Source: Candidatus Krumholzibacteriota bacterium (GTDB lineage Bacteria; Krumholzibacteriota; Krumholzibacteriia; LZORAL124-64-63). Taken from it: 18,328 nt of DNA. Below, one piece after another: positions 7,519-14,978 of this stretch. The stretch is from NCBI GenBank assembly GCA_039714075.1, contig JBDLKA010000074.1, forward strand, positions 1 to 18,328. Reading direction: 5' to 3'. Each line of letters begins with the position of its first letter. Position 1 is the stretch's first letter. Made by a program: the position numbers and the translations under genes. The notes beneath the pieces are model-generated. The model did no database searches. It was given only the letters and a program-made list of their open reading frames with translations, and had not been told where the DNA came from.

Positions 7519-10164
7519 TCAGATGCTGAACCAGTACGAAACCTTGGCCATGAAGGTGTTGCCAGGTTCGGTGCGGAAGGGATGACCGGCGTCGAATCCA
7601 TTGTCCCAGAGGGGGTCCCGGTCCCAGCTGGGATTATCGGGTCCGCCCCGTTCCTGGTACTGGCCCTTGTTGTGGGTCCAGACGAGGTAAATGGTGGACC
7701 CGGGCCGGTACTCCCACCGGTAGACCAGGTTCAGGTTCACGGCTCCGTATTCGAAATCGAACTGGGTCGGATCGATGTCGTAGGGCCGCAGGTCAAAGGA
7801 GTCCGGCGTGGCCAGCCACCGGGCGTTCGTGTAATTGCCGCGGGTCAGGAAGGGCTGCAGATAAAGCTGCAGGGAATTGTTCCGGTTGAACAGGACGCTC
7901 GAGCGGAGGGTGATGTCCCAGATCATCTGGTCCAGCTCGCCGAACACGTAGTCCACCCCGCCGATGCCCGCCACCGCGGGGGCGGAGGTCGAACTGCGGT
8001 AGTTCTGCACCCACTGGGCGTCGATCCGGTTGTGCCTGATGCCGAAACCGATCCAGTGGGAAAAGTGCTCGCTCTGGTTCCAGCGCAGGCTGGCCTCGCC
8101 GGCCAGGCCCTGCACGACCTCGCCCCAGTCACCGTGGGCTTCCAGGTGCAGGGACAACGGTTTCCGCCAATCGGTGGTGCCGCCGGCGGCGATGTTGGTC
8201 CAGCCGGGCCGGGTCATCAGGGGGCCGCGCACCGCCCCGTCGGTATTGTCATCGGCGAAAGTTCGCGATTCGTACTTGCTGGTGCCGTCGAAGGCCCGGC
8301 CGATGAAGATCCAGCCCTGGTTGAAGCTGCTGTGCTGGGCCCAGGTCACGAAATGAACGCCGCCGGCCTGCCGGTGGCTGCGGTCGTAGTCCCAGGCCTC
8401 TTGGCCGGTTTCAATGTCGGCCTCCGAGTTCCCTGCGTACAACCAGCTTTTGTGGACCTCGAGTTCCACCTCCATGGCGTTGAAGGCGCCGCCGTTGCCG
8501 TCCTTGTTGTACTGGTAGGAGATGTTCCCGTAGACCTGCTTCTCGTCCGGCGCGCTCAGGAACCCCATGTCGTTGGGATCGAGCTTGTCGGATTCCCACC
8601 GGCCCTGCAGAACACCCCGCCAGCTGCCGCCGGCCTTGCGCAGGTCCAGCTTGCCGCCGGTGCCGTATTTGGTGGCGGGTGTCAGGGCGGGGTCGAAGTG
8701 GTCGGTGAAGGGATCGACGATGGTGCCCACGGCCGAGCCCGCCACGCGGTACATGCGGTCGCGGAAATTCATTTCGAAGTCGACGCCGCCGGAGTAACCG
8801 TTTCGCTGGTAGCGCTCCGCAGCCTCGGCAAACGATCCTTTTTCCCGGTCCACGGCGGTTCCCATCAGGTTGACGCGGTGGTTGCCTTCCATGAACTCCT
8901 TGCCCACCCGGACCAGTCCGTACGCCGCCTTCCGGTTGCCGCCCACGAAGGGGTTGTGGGTCCGGCCGTCCAGGCCGATGTCCGTGGCGGCGGCCAGCAC
9001 CGCGAGGGAAAAATCGCCGCCGATCTTGCCGGTCAGCTTGGCGGCCCCGCGAATGCGGGCGTTGGGGTGGCCGGTCCCGATCCGCCGCGAGTAGAACAGG
9101 TTGAAGTCCGGCTGCTGGAAAAACCGCGCGCCCTCGATGAAGAAGGGTCGTTTCTCCTCGTAGAAGGTTTCGAAGGGCGAAAGGTTCAGCAGGGCCGGGT
9201 CGGCCTCGACCTGCCCGAAATCGGGCTGAAAGGTGGCGTTGAGGGTCAGGTTCGATGTTACCCCGTATTTGAAGTCAGCCCCGAAATTCTGTGAGTTTTC
9301 CCAATTGTCCCCGTCGCCCTCGACCGCGGGATCGACATGCTTGGTCAGGACATAGGGTAGAACTTCCAGCTTGTTCGGGTTTTCCACTCCGCGCAGCCCG
9401 GTCAGGTAACCCCAGCGGCTGACGAAACCGCTGGCGTTGCGGTCCCACATCACCCAGCCGGTGTCTTCGCCTCGTCCGTGCAGCCAGCGGTAGGCCTGCA
9501 GGCCCCAGGTCATGTCGTCGGCGGGCTTGAAGCGGATCTGCGAAAAGGGGATCCGGATTTCCACGTACCAGCCGTTTTCATCCCGGGAGACCTCGGCGTC
9601 CCAGACGGCGTTCCAGTCGCGGTCGCGGTTTCCGTTGTCGAACATATAGAAGTCCTGCTGCACGCCCTCGGGGTTCACCCGGAAGTTGTAACCCGTGGTC
9701 CGGTCGTGATACGGATCGATATAGATGCTGACGATGTCCGAAGCTTCGATTTCGTCCCGCCGGCTGAGGTAGCTGGACACGTTGGACATGTCGTCTTCGT
9801 AGCAGGCCACTGCAAAGTAGAGGGCGTCCTTGTCGTAGGCCACCTTGAACACCGTAGGGACCGAGGCGGGCGCCCCTCGTTCGGGATCCATCTGGCGAAA
9901 ACCCCAACCGGACTGCGCCATTTCCCAGGCCGGATCGTCCAGCACTCCGTCCATCTTGATTTCCAATTCATCCAGGAAGAATGCTTCCAGGGACGGCACT
10001 TCCGTCTCGGTGCCGTTTGAAATGGCGGGGAATGTGGGTCCGGTTCCCTCGGTCGCGAAATGGGGCAGGGGTATCTCGCCCAGAGCGGGGGAGCCGGCAA
10101 GAATAAAGAGGGAGATGGCTAAAAGCGCGTTTCCCGTCCGGAATCCGGAAGGTCTGGCTGTCAT
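7519..10164 (-). CDS. CBM9/DOMON-like plus DUF5916 outer-membrane beta-barrel protein (881 aa)
   Basis: Signal peptide (ALLAISLFILAGSPALG). CBM9-like N-domain (IKMDGVLDDPAW, VAYDKDALYFAV, IYIDPYHDRTTGYNFRVNPEG, GWYVEIRIPFSQIRF). DUF5916 motifs (NATFQPDFGQVEADP, FYEEKRPFFIEG, LFYSRRIG). C-terminal beta-signal-like AKVSYWFSI. AGGAG SD before ATG 10164. Confidence 0.88.
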   Translation of the reverse strand: MTARPSGFRTGNALLAISLFILAGSPALGEIPLPHFATEGTGPTFPAISNGTETEVPSLEAFFLDELEIKMDGVLDDPAWEMAQSGWGFRQMDPERGAPASVPTVFKVAYDKDALYFAVACYEDDMSNVSSYLSRRDEIEASDIVSIYIDPYHDRTTGYNFRVNPEGVQQDFYMFDNGNRDRDWNAVWDAEVSRDENGWYVEIRIPFSQIRFKPADDMTWGLQAYRWLHGRGEDTGWVMWDRNASGFVSRWGYLTGLRGVENPNKLEVLPYVLTKHVDPAVEGDGDNWENSQNFGADFKYGVTSNLTLNATFQPDFGQVEADPALLNLSPFETFYEEKRPFFIEGARFFQQPDFNLFYSRRIGTGHPNARIRGAAKLTGKIGGDFSLAVLAAATDIGLDGRTHNPFVGGNRKAAYGLVRVGKEFMEGNHRVNLMGTAVDREKGSFAEAAERYQRNGYSGGVDFEMNFRDRMYRVAGSAVGTIVDPFTDHFDPALTPATKYGTGGKLDLRKAGGSWRGVLQGRWESDKLDPNDMGFLSAPDEKQVYGNISYQYNKDGNGGAFNAMEVELEVHKSWLYAGNSEADIETGQEAWDYDRSHRQAGGVHFVTWAQHSSFNQGWIFIGRAFDGTSKYESRTFADDNTDGAVRGPLMTRPGWTNIAAGGTTDWRKPLSLHLEAHGDWGEVVQGLAGEASLRWNQSEHFSHWIGFGIRHNRIDAQWVQNYRSSTSAPAVAGIGGVDYVFGELDQMIWDITLRSSVLFNRNNSLQLYLQPFLTRGNYTNARWLATPDSFDLRPYDIDPTQFDFEYGAVNLNLVYRWEYRPGSTIYLVWTHNKGQYQERGGPDNPSWDRDPLWDNGFDAGHPFRTEPGNTFMAKVSYWFSI

Positions 10165-10218
10165 CTGATCTCCTGGGAAAATCACAGGGGTCCGGCGAAG
10201 CTCTGGGAACCCGGAAAA

Positions 10219-10244
10219 TACGATACGGGGCCGTTATATGTTCC
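10219..10244 (-). promoter_or_regulatory. Putative ECF sigma promoter for the DUF5916 gene: GGAAC-N17-CGTA
   Basis: Minus strand GGAAC(10244-10240) ATATAACGGCCCCGTAT CGTA(10222-10219), 55 nt upstream of ATG 10164. Fits the general ECF consensus of -35 AAC and -10 CGT. Confidence 0.55.
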
Positions 10245-10265
10245 GGAAAAAAATCGGAAAACCAC

Positions 10266-10292
10266 CGAACCATTGACAGGCCGGGTGCGTCT
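10266..10292 (+). promoter_or_regulatory. Putative autoregulatory ECF sigma promoter: CGAAC-N17-CGTCT
   Basis: GAAC(10267-10270) CATTGACAGGCCGGGTG CGTC(10288-10291) upstream of the sigma gene. ECF factors commonly autoregulate through such AAC/CGT promoters. Confidence 0.6.
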
Positions 10293-10368
10293 GTGGAGTG
10301 ATGGAAATAGACAAGGACCCCCGCAGGGGGACGCAAAAACCATTGATGGGACCCGAAACAGGGATTTC

Positions 10369-10953
10369 ATGGATCAGCCGGAACTACTGAAACGCTGCCG
10401 AAACGGCGACGAACTGGCCTGGGAGGTGCTCGTGAGACAGCATCAGGGACGAATCTGCTCCATCGCCTTCGGATACGTGGGCGAACAGGACGAGGCACTG
10501 GACCTCGCCCAGGAGATTTTTGTCCGGGTGTACAACCGTCTCGACACCTGCACCGACCCCGAAAAATTCCAGGCCTGGCTGACCCGCATAGCCCGCAACG
10601 CGTGCATCGATCATCTGCGGCGGCGCAAGGCCCGGCCGCCGTTGCATGATATTCCGGCCGAGGACATGACGGCCCTGGCCGGCAGCGGGCCCAACCCGGA
10701 GGATGATCTGATCCGGTCCTCCCGCCAGAGCCAGGTCCACCGGGCGCTGCAGCATCTCAGTGAAATCAATCGCGAGATCATCGTTTTGAAGGATATCCAG
10801 GGACTGCCCCTGGAAGAGATCTCGGGCATGCTGGACCTGCCGCTCGGTACGGTCAAGTCGCGCTCGAGCCGGGCCCGCATCGAACTGGCCCGGGCCATTA
10901 CCGATATGGATGGGGGGCCTCACGGAGGACCCCTCGGCGCGGAGGCGGTGTGA
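10369..10953 (+). CDS. ECF-type RNA polymerase sigma-70 factor (194 aa)
   Basis: Region 2: GDELAWEVLVRQHQ...EALDLAQEIFVRVY...FQAWLTRIARNACIDHLRRRK. Region 4: LSEINREIIVLKDIQGLPLEEISGMLDLPLGTVKSRSSRARIEL. Start at ATG 10369. Confidence 0.95.
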   Translation: MDQPELLKRCRNGDELAWEVLVRQHQGRICSIAFGYVGEQDEALDLAQEIFVRVYNRLDTCTDPEKFQAWLTRIARNACIDHLRRRKARPPLHDIPAEDMTALAGSGPNPEDDLIRSSRQSQVHRALQHLSEINREIIVLKDIQGLPLEEISGMLDLPLGTVKSRSSRARIELARAITDMDGGPHGGPLGAEAV

Positions 10954-11786
10954 TGACCAACTCGCACGGCGGCAGCAACGACGACCGCACCAGGGACGAA
11001 AAGTTCCTCCGGGACGTGCTTGCCCGGACCAGCGGCTCCGCCTGCGATCGCGCCTGCGAACAGCTTTCCGACCTGATGGGCGGCCACCTGGTCGGCATGG
11101 ACCGGGAACTGGTCCAGTCCCACCTGGAACATTGCGAGCCCTGCCGGACGTTGGCCGTGACCCTGGGCTGGCTCGAGCCCCTGTTGCCGCAGATGGCGGA
11201 AATCGATCCGGGTCCGGCTTTTACCGCAAGGGTTCTGGCCGCCACCAGTGAGCAGGACCCCGCGATTATGCCCTTCCCGGCGGTGCCCACCGGTCCGGCC
11301 GGACTGATGGATCGGGTGGGTAGCTGGTGGGACCGGCAGATATTGCGCCCGGGTTTCGCGGCCCAACTGGCCTACGCGGCCACGGTGGTCCTGGTCCTGT
11401 TGACCTCGGTTCCCGGGGCCCCGCTGCGGGGTGTCCCGGGCAAGGCCCTGGAAATCGTGCAGGCCGGACCGGTGGCGGTTCCGGTTGTCGGACCGGCCAT
11501 GGATAAAGCTTCGGGGTGGGTCGGGAGCCGGGCCGATGAAGCGGTGACCACCGCCCGGACCGGCGTGGAACAGCGCTGGGAAAAAACAGAAAATTCACTC
11601 GGTCGGCGCAGTGGGCGCACGTCGGGTGGTCGGCAGGAGTTGGGGACCCATGTGAAGGAAATGATCAGCAAAGCAGGCGACGGCAAGCTGGGGGAGGCAA
11701 GTTATGAACTACTGGCTGCCCTGAAAGCCGGCCGGGCGATCTGGAACGAATGGTGGATGGATAATGATGACGACGGACGGGAATAG
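10953..11786 (+). CDS. zf-HC2 (ZAS) transmembrane anti-sigma factor (277 aa)
   Basis: CDRACEQLSD...SHLEHCEPC (HxxxCxxC), one TM segment (LAYAATVVLVLLTSV) and a helical extracytoplasmic tail. GGAGG SD, and the ATG overlaps the sigma stop codon (TGATG). Confidence 0.9.
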   Translation: MTNSHGGSNDDRTRDEKFLRDVLARTSGSACDRACEQLSDLMGGHLVGMDRELVQSHLEHCEPCRTLAVTLGWLEPLLPQMAEIDPGPAFTARVLAATSEQDPAIMPFPAVPTGPAGLMDRVGSWWDRQILRPGFAAQLAYAATVVLVLLTSVPGAPLRGVPGKALEIVQAGPVAVPVVGPAMDKASGWVGSRADEAVTTARTGVEQRWEKTENSLGRRSGRTSGGRQELGTHVKEMISKAGDGKLGEASYELLAALKAGRAIWNEWWMDNDDDGRE

Positions 11787-11799
11787 AAAGGAGAGTGCC

Positions 11800-12390
11800 A
11801 TGAACGGCGCACAGAACGACACACAGCAGGGTACCTACCAGGATGCCCAGATCAATCAGGGGCCGGGTAACCAGCAGCAGGGGCAGCCGGGAGCATATGG
11901 CGCGGGTTATGGAGCCCAGCCCAAACCCAACATCAGGCGGAAATCCCCGGCGATGGCCACCTGGCTGTCCTGCATGCCCGGCCTGGGTCAGATATACGTG
12001 GGTTACTACCAGCAGGGCTTCATCAACATGTTCGTGGTGGCCGGGACGATCGCGATTCTCAGCTCGACCTTCATGCGAGGCGCCGAACCGTTTTTCGGGG
12101 TATTCCTTTCCTTCTTCTGGATCTTCCAGATGATCGACGCCAACCGCCGGGCCCACCACTACAACCGGGTCATGGAAGGTCTGGGCGGGGAAGATGTCCC
12201 GGACGGATTCTCGATGCCCACCACCAAGGGGTCGATGATGGGCGGCTCGGTTCTGGTTGTTCTCGGAACCCTGTTCATCCTGGATCTGAACTTCGGTATT
12301 TCGATGGAATGGATCGAGAACTGGTGGCCGCTGATCCTTGTTTTGGTTGGGGTCAACCTTATCTACAAGGCCAGGAAAAACGCCGACTGA
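11800..12390 (+). CDS. Membrane protein with TM2-like region and C-terminal LiaI/LiaF-like (DUF5668-like) TM hairpin (196 aa)
   Basis: Q/G/N-rich N-terminus; RKSPAMATWLSCMPGLGQIYVGYYQQG; further TM helices; C-terminal GGSVLVVLGTLFILDLNFG...IENWWPLILVLVGVNLI. AAGGAG SD. Third gene of the ECF operon. Confidence 0.8.
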   Translation: MNGAQNDTQQGTYQDAQINQGPGNQQQGQPGAYGAGYGAQPKPNIRRKSPAMATWLSCMPGLGQIYVGYYQQGFINMFVVAGTIAILSSTFMRGAEPFFGVFLSFFWIFQMIDANRRAHHYNRVMEGLGGEDVPDGFSMPTTKGSMMGGSVLVVLGTLFILDLNFGISMEWIENWWPLILVLVGVNLIYKARKNAD

Positions 12391-12473
12391 GCAGAGTTGC
12401 ATTTGGGGTACGAAAAAGGAATCGCCGGACATTCTGCTCATTGTGCAATTTAAGCCATGACAATACCTTGGAA

Positions 12474-12511
12474 ATCAAAAACAGGGCCCCCCGGAGGGTC
12501 CTGTTTTTGAT
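12474..12511. terminator. Bidirectional intrinsic terminator
   Basis: ATCAAAAACAGGGCCC-CCCGGA-GGGTCCTGTTTTTGAT: a 16-bp inverted repeat with one mismatch (G-U pair on the + strand) and A5/T5 tracts, lying between the convergent ECF operon and GT4 gene. Confidence 0.85.
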
Positions 12512-12561
12512 GGGCTATGTGTTTTTTGAGCAAATCCATGGGGTTGGTGAAACCCACCGGA

Positions 12562-13806
12562 TCATATCAACTCCCCCCAGATTTTTTCCACACGCCCAAA
12601 AACCGCGTCCCAGGTGAAGTGACCCAGGTCCGGAGCAGCGGCAGGGGTTTCGGCGGCCAGGGCCCGTCTCAAGGCAGTCGCGAGATCATCCACGAATCGG
12701 GGCAGGTCTTCGGGTACCGGTTTGTCGACACCCTCGAGCCGGGGAAGCGGAACCAGGTTCAAACCATCGCCCAGATGCGGCTCGATCTGCTCGACCACGC
12801 CGGGCAGGGCGGTGGCTACGATCCGGCAGCCGCAGGCGGCGGCCTCGACCAGCACCAGAGGCACGCCTTCGTAGAATGAAGGCAGAACGCAGATGTCGCA
12901 CCGGCGCATCAGGTCCGCCAGGGCCGCCTGGTCCAGTTGGCCGTGCCGGACCACCACCGGGGCCATCTCTTCCAGGCGGCGGCGCAGGCCGTCCGCTTCG
13001 GGCCCCGCGCCGCTGCCGGCCACGTGCAGACGCAGGTCGGGATGATCGGCGGATAGTCTGGCAACGGCATCCAACAGCCAGGGCAGCCCCTTGGCCGCGC
13101 TGTATTTCCCTATGTAAAGCAGCTGCCCGGTTCCAGGCGTAGTATCAGGGGCCGGAAAAAACAGTTCGTCCCGGTACCCCGCCCCGGTGACGGTGATCCG
13201 GTCGGTGGATATGTCCAGGGCCGCGGCCAGCTGCTGCTGGTGATCCCGGCGCAGGACGCAGAACCGGTCGATCCGCCGGCAGCCCGCCACCACTTCCTCC
13301 TTCAGGTGGGGGCAAAGCTCCATCTGGCGCAGGCCCGTGGCGTGGCAGGAGACCACCGCGGGCAGGTCCGGGGCGATGTCCTTGACCATGGAAGAGACCA
13401 GCCAGATGTGATTGGTGTGAATCAGGTCCGGGCGAAAGCCGGCGATGACCTGCCGAAGGTGGTCCCGCCAGGTCCGCCGGTAGGCTTCCAGTCGGGTCGC
13501 CGACAGGGTGGACCAGACCGAACTCGGGTACGGCATGACATCGCTCATCCCGGGCACCGGAAAATCGAGGTCCGGTTCGCCGCCCGCGTCCGATTCCATC
13601 GCCCCGGCCCCGGCAAAAAAGACGGGCTGGATGGCCTGGTCTTCCAGGTCGCCCAGCAATGGCCGGGTTTCATCAACGGGGACTCCGACAACGGCCTGCT
13701 GGTTCCAGCGGGCGCGCGTCGCCAGGCGAACCAGTGCGTCCAGGGACACGCCGCTGCCGGTCCGCGACGGTCGTTGCGACAATAGATGGAGGATCCGGCC
13801 CGACAT
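12562..13806 (-). CDS. Glycosyltransferase family 4 (GT-B) protein (414 aa)
   Basis: N-terminal RILHLLSQRPSRTGSG, FRPDLIHTNH, LLYIGKYSAAKG, VAGSG, and the GT4 signature CVLPSFYEGVPLVLVEAAACG, ending FTWD. AGGA SD before ATG 13806. Confidence 0.93.
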   Translation of the reverse strand: MSGRILHLLSQRPSRTGSGVSLDALVRLATRARWNQQAVVGVPVDETRPLLGDLEDQAIQPVFFAGAGAMESDAGGEPDLDFPVPGMSDVMPYPSSVWSTLSATRLEAYRRTWRDHLRQVIAGFRPDLIHTNHIWLVSSMVKDIAPDLPAVVSCHATGLRQMELCPHLKEEVVAGCRRIDRFCVLRRDHQQQLAAALDISTDRITVTGAGYRDELFFPAPDTTPGTGQLLYIGKYSAAKGLPWLLDAVARLSADHPDLRLHVAGSGAGPEADGLRRRLEEMAPVVVRHGQLDQAALADLMRRCDICVLPSFYEGVPLVLVEAAACGCRIVATALPGVVEQIEPHLGDGLNLVPLPRLEGVDKPVPEDLPRFVDDLATALRRALAAETPAAAPDLGHFTWDAVFGRVEKIWGELI

Positions 13807-13931
13807 GAAATTCCTGCCTTTTTTTGTTAATTTCCCGCCTGGAAACACGATAACTCATATAGAAGTCCCTGCAAAGCAGGACGGGAAAATTCTGCTTAAG
13901 TGTAGTCCCTTATCCGACAGTAACTTACGGG

Positions 13932-14978
13932 GTGAATCCAAACTTGATTCCGGGCCAGCCGAAAATCCTGATCATTGATGAATCCCTCCAGGATCTCAGG
14001 ATTCACGCCACCACCCTGCGCAACCAGGGTTATGAGGTCTTTTGCGCGCAGAGCAGCGAAGAGACCTTCATGCTCCTGGAGACCCTGCTTCCCGACCTCT
14101 TTCTCATCGACACGGCCATGGAAAACACGGACGGGTACGAACTGTGCCGCCGGCTCAAACAGGAATCCCTCTGGCGGAACATACCGGTCATTTTCATCAC
14201 CGACAGCCGCCTACCGGAAGACATCGACCAGGGTTATGTCTCGGGCGGCATGGACTACATCGTCAAACCCTGCCACCTGAGTGAATTCCTGTCCCGGGTG
14301 TGCACCCAGATCAAGCTCTACCAGCTCATACGCCTGAACGAGGAAGTGCAGGCCACCGCCATCGACGCCAATCCCCTGACCCGGCTGCCCGGCAACAATT
14401 CGATCCAGAAGGCCATCCAGGGAGCGATCGACGAGAACCGGGACGTGGGCATCATCCACACCGACCTGGACAACTTCAAGGCTTTCAATGATGCGTACGG
14501 GTTTATCACCGGCGACGACCTGCTGATCTTCAACGCGGAGATCCTGCACACGGCCCTGCGGAAAATCTGCGCCGGCCAGGGATTCCTCGGCCACATCGGC
14601 GGCGATGATTTCGTGGTCATGCTGCCTGCCGACAAGCTGATGGATTTCGGCAACGAGGTGATCAGGAGTTTCGACGAGGGGGCGCCGTCCTTCTACAGCG
14701 ACGAGGACAGGGTTCGGGGCCAAATAGTGTCCGTGGACCGGCAGGGACGCATCAAAAACTTCCCGATCACTTCGATTTCCATGGGCGGCATGTACCTGCG
14801 GGACTACTGGTTTTCACGCTACGTGGAAGTCGCCGAAATCTGCGCCGAAGTGAAACACAAGGCCAAATCGATTATCGGCAGCAAAATCTTCGTCGACCGG
14901 CGGGAAGCGGACCCGCCTCCGCTGGGCCAACCGGTCGGCGTTTCGCAAACGCAGACCCCCGGGTACAAAACCGTCTAA
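13932..14978 (+). CDS. Response regulator receiver plus GGDEF-family diguanylate cyclase (GGDDF variant, 348 aa)
   Basis: REC domain: KILIIDE, PDLFLID(phosphoacceptor)TAMENTDGYELC, IPVIFIT, DYIVKP. GGDEF domain: DANPLTRLPGN, DLDNFKAFNDAYG...GDDLL, GHIGGDDF. The GTG start is uncertain. Confidence 0.92.
   Translation: MNPNLIPGQPKILIIDESLQDLRIHATTLRNQGYEVFCAQSSEETFMLLETLLPDLFLIDTAMENTDGYELCRRLKQESLWRNIPVIFITDSRLPEDIDQGYVSGGMDYIVKPCHLSEFLSRVCTQIKLYQLIRLNEEVQATAIDANPLTRLPGNNSIQKAIQGAIDENRDVGIIHTDLDNFKAFNDAYGFITGDDLLIFNAEILHTALRKICAGQGFLGHIGGDDFVVMLPADKLMDFGNEVIRSFDEGAPSFYSDEDRVRGQIVSVDRQGRIKNFPITSISMGGMYLRDYWFSRYVEVAEICAEVKHKAKSIIGSKIFVDRREADPPPLGQPVGVSQTQTPGYKTV

Noticed and set aside
5835..9294. 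Long plus-strand ORFs 5835..7529 (564 aa) and 7582..9294 (570 aa)
   Set aside because: Antisense shadows of the deacetylase and DUF5916 genes, expected with high-GC codon bias. No recognisable motifs.
12391..12561. AT-richer intergenic stretch as an ncRNA, tRNA, att site or CRISPR remnant
   Set aside because: No cloverleaf, repeat-spacer pattern or nearby integrase. The bidirectional terminator accounts for the only strong structure.
4439..13806. Carbohydrate theme (CBM48-like, CBM9/DUF5916, GT4) as one glycogen or polysaccharide locus
   Set aside because: The genes lie in separate transcription units with unrelated genes and a terminator between them. No glg, hydrolase or sugar-transporter genes are present.
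13896..13919. Sigma28-like TTAAG-N13-CCGACA upstream of the REC-GGDEF gene
   Set aside because: Spacing is slightly short, both boxes are mismatched, and nothing in the window indicates a flagellar regulon. Too weak to call.
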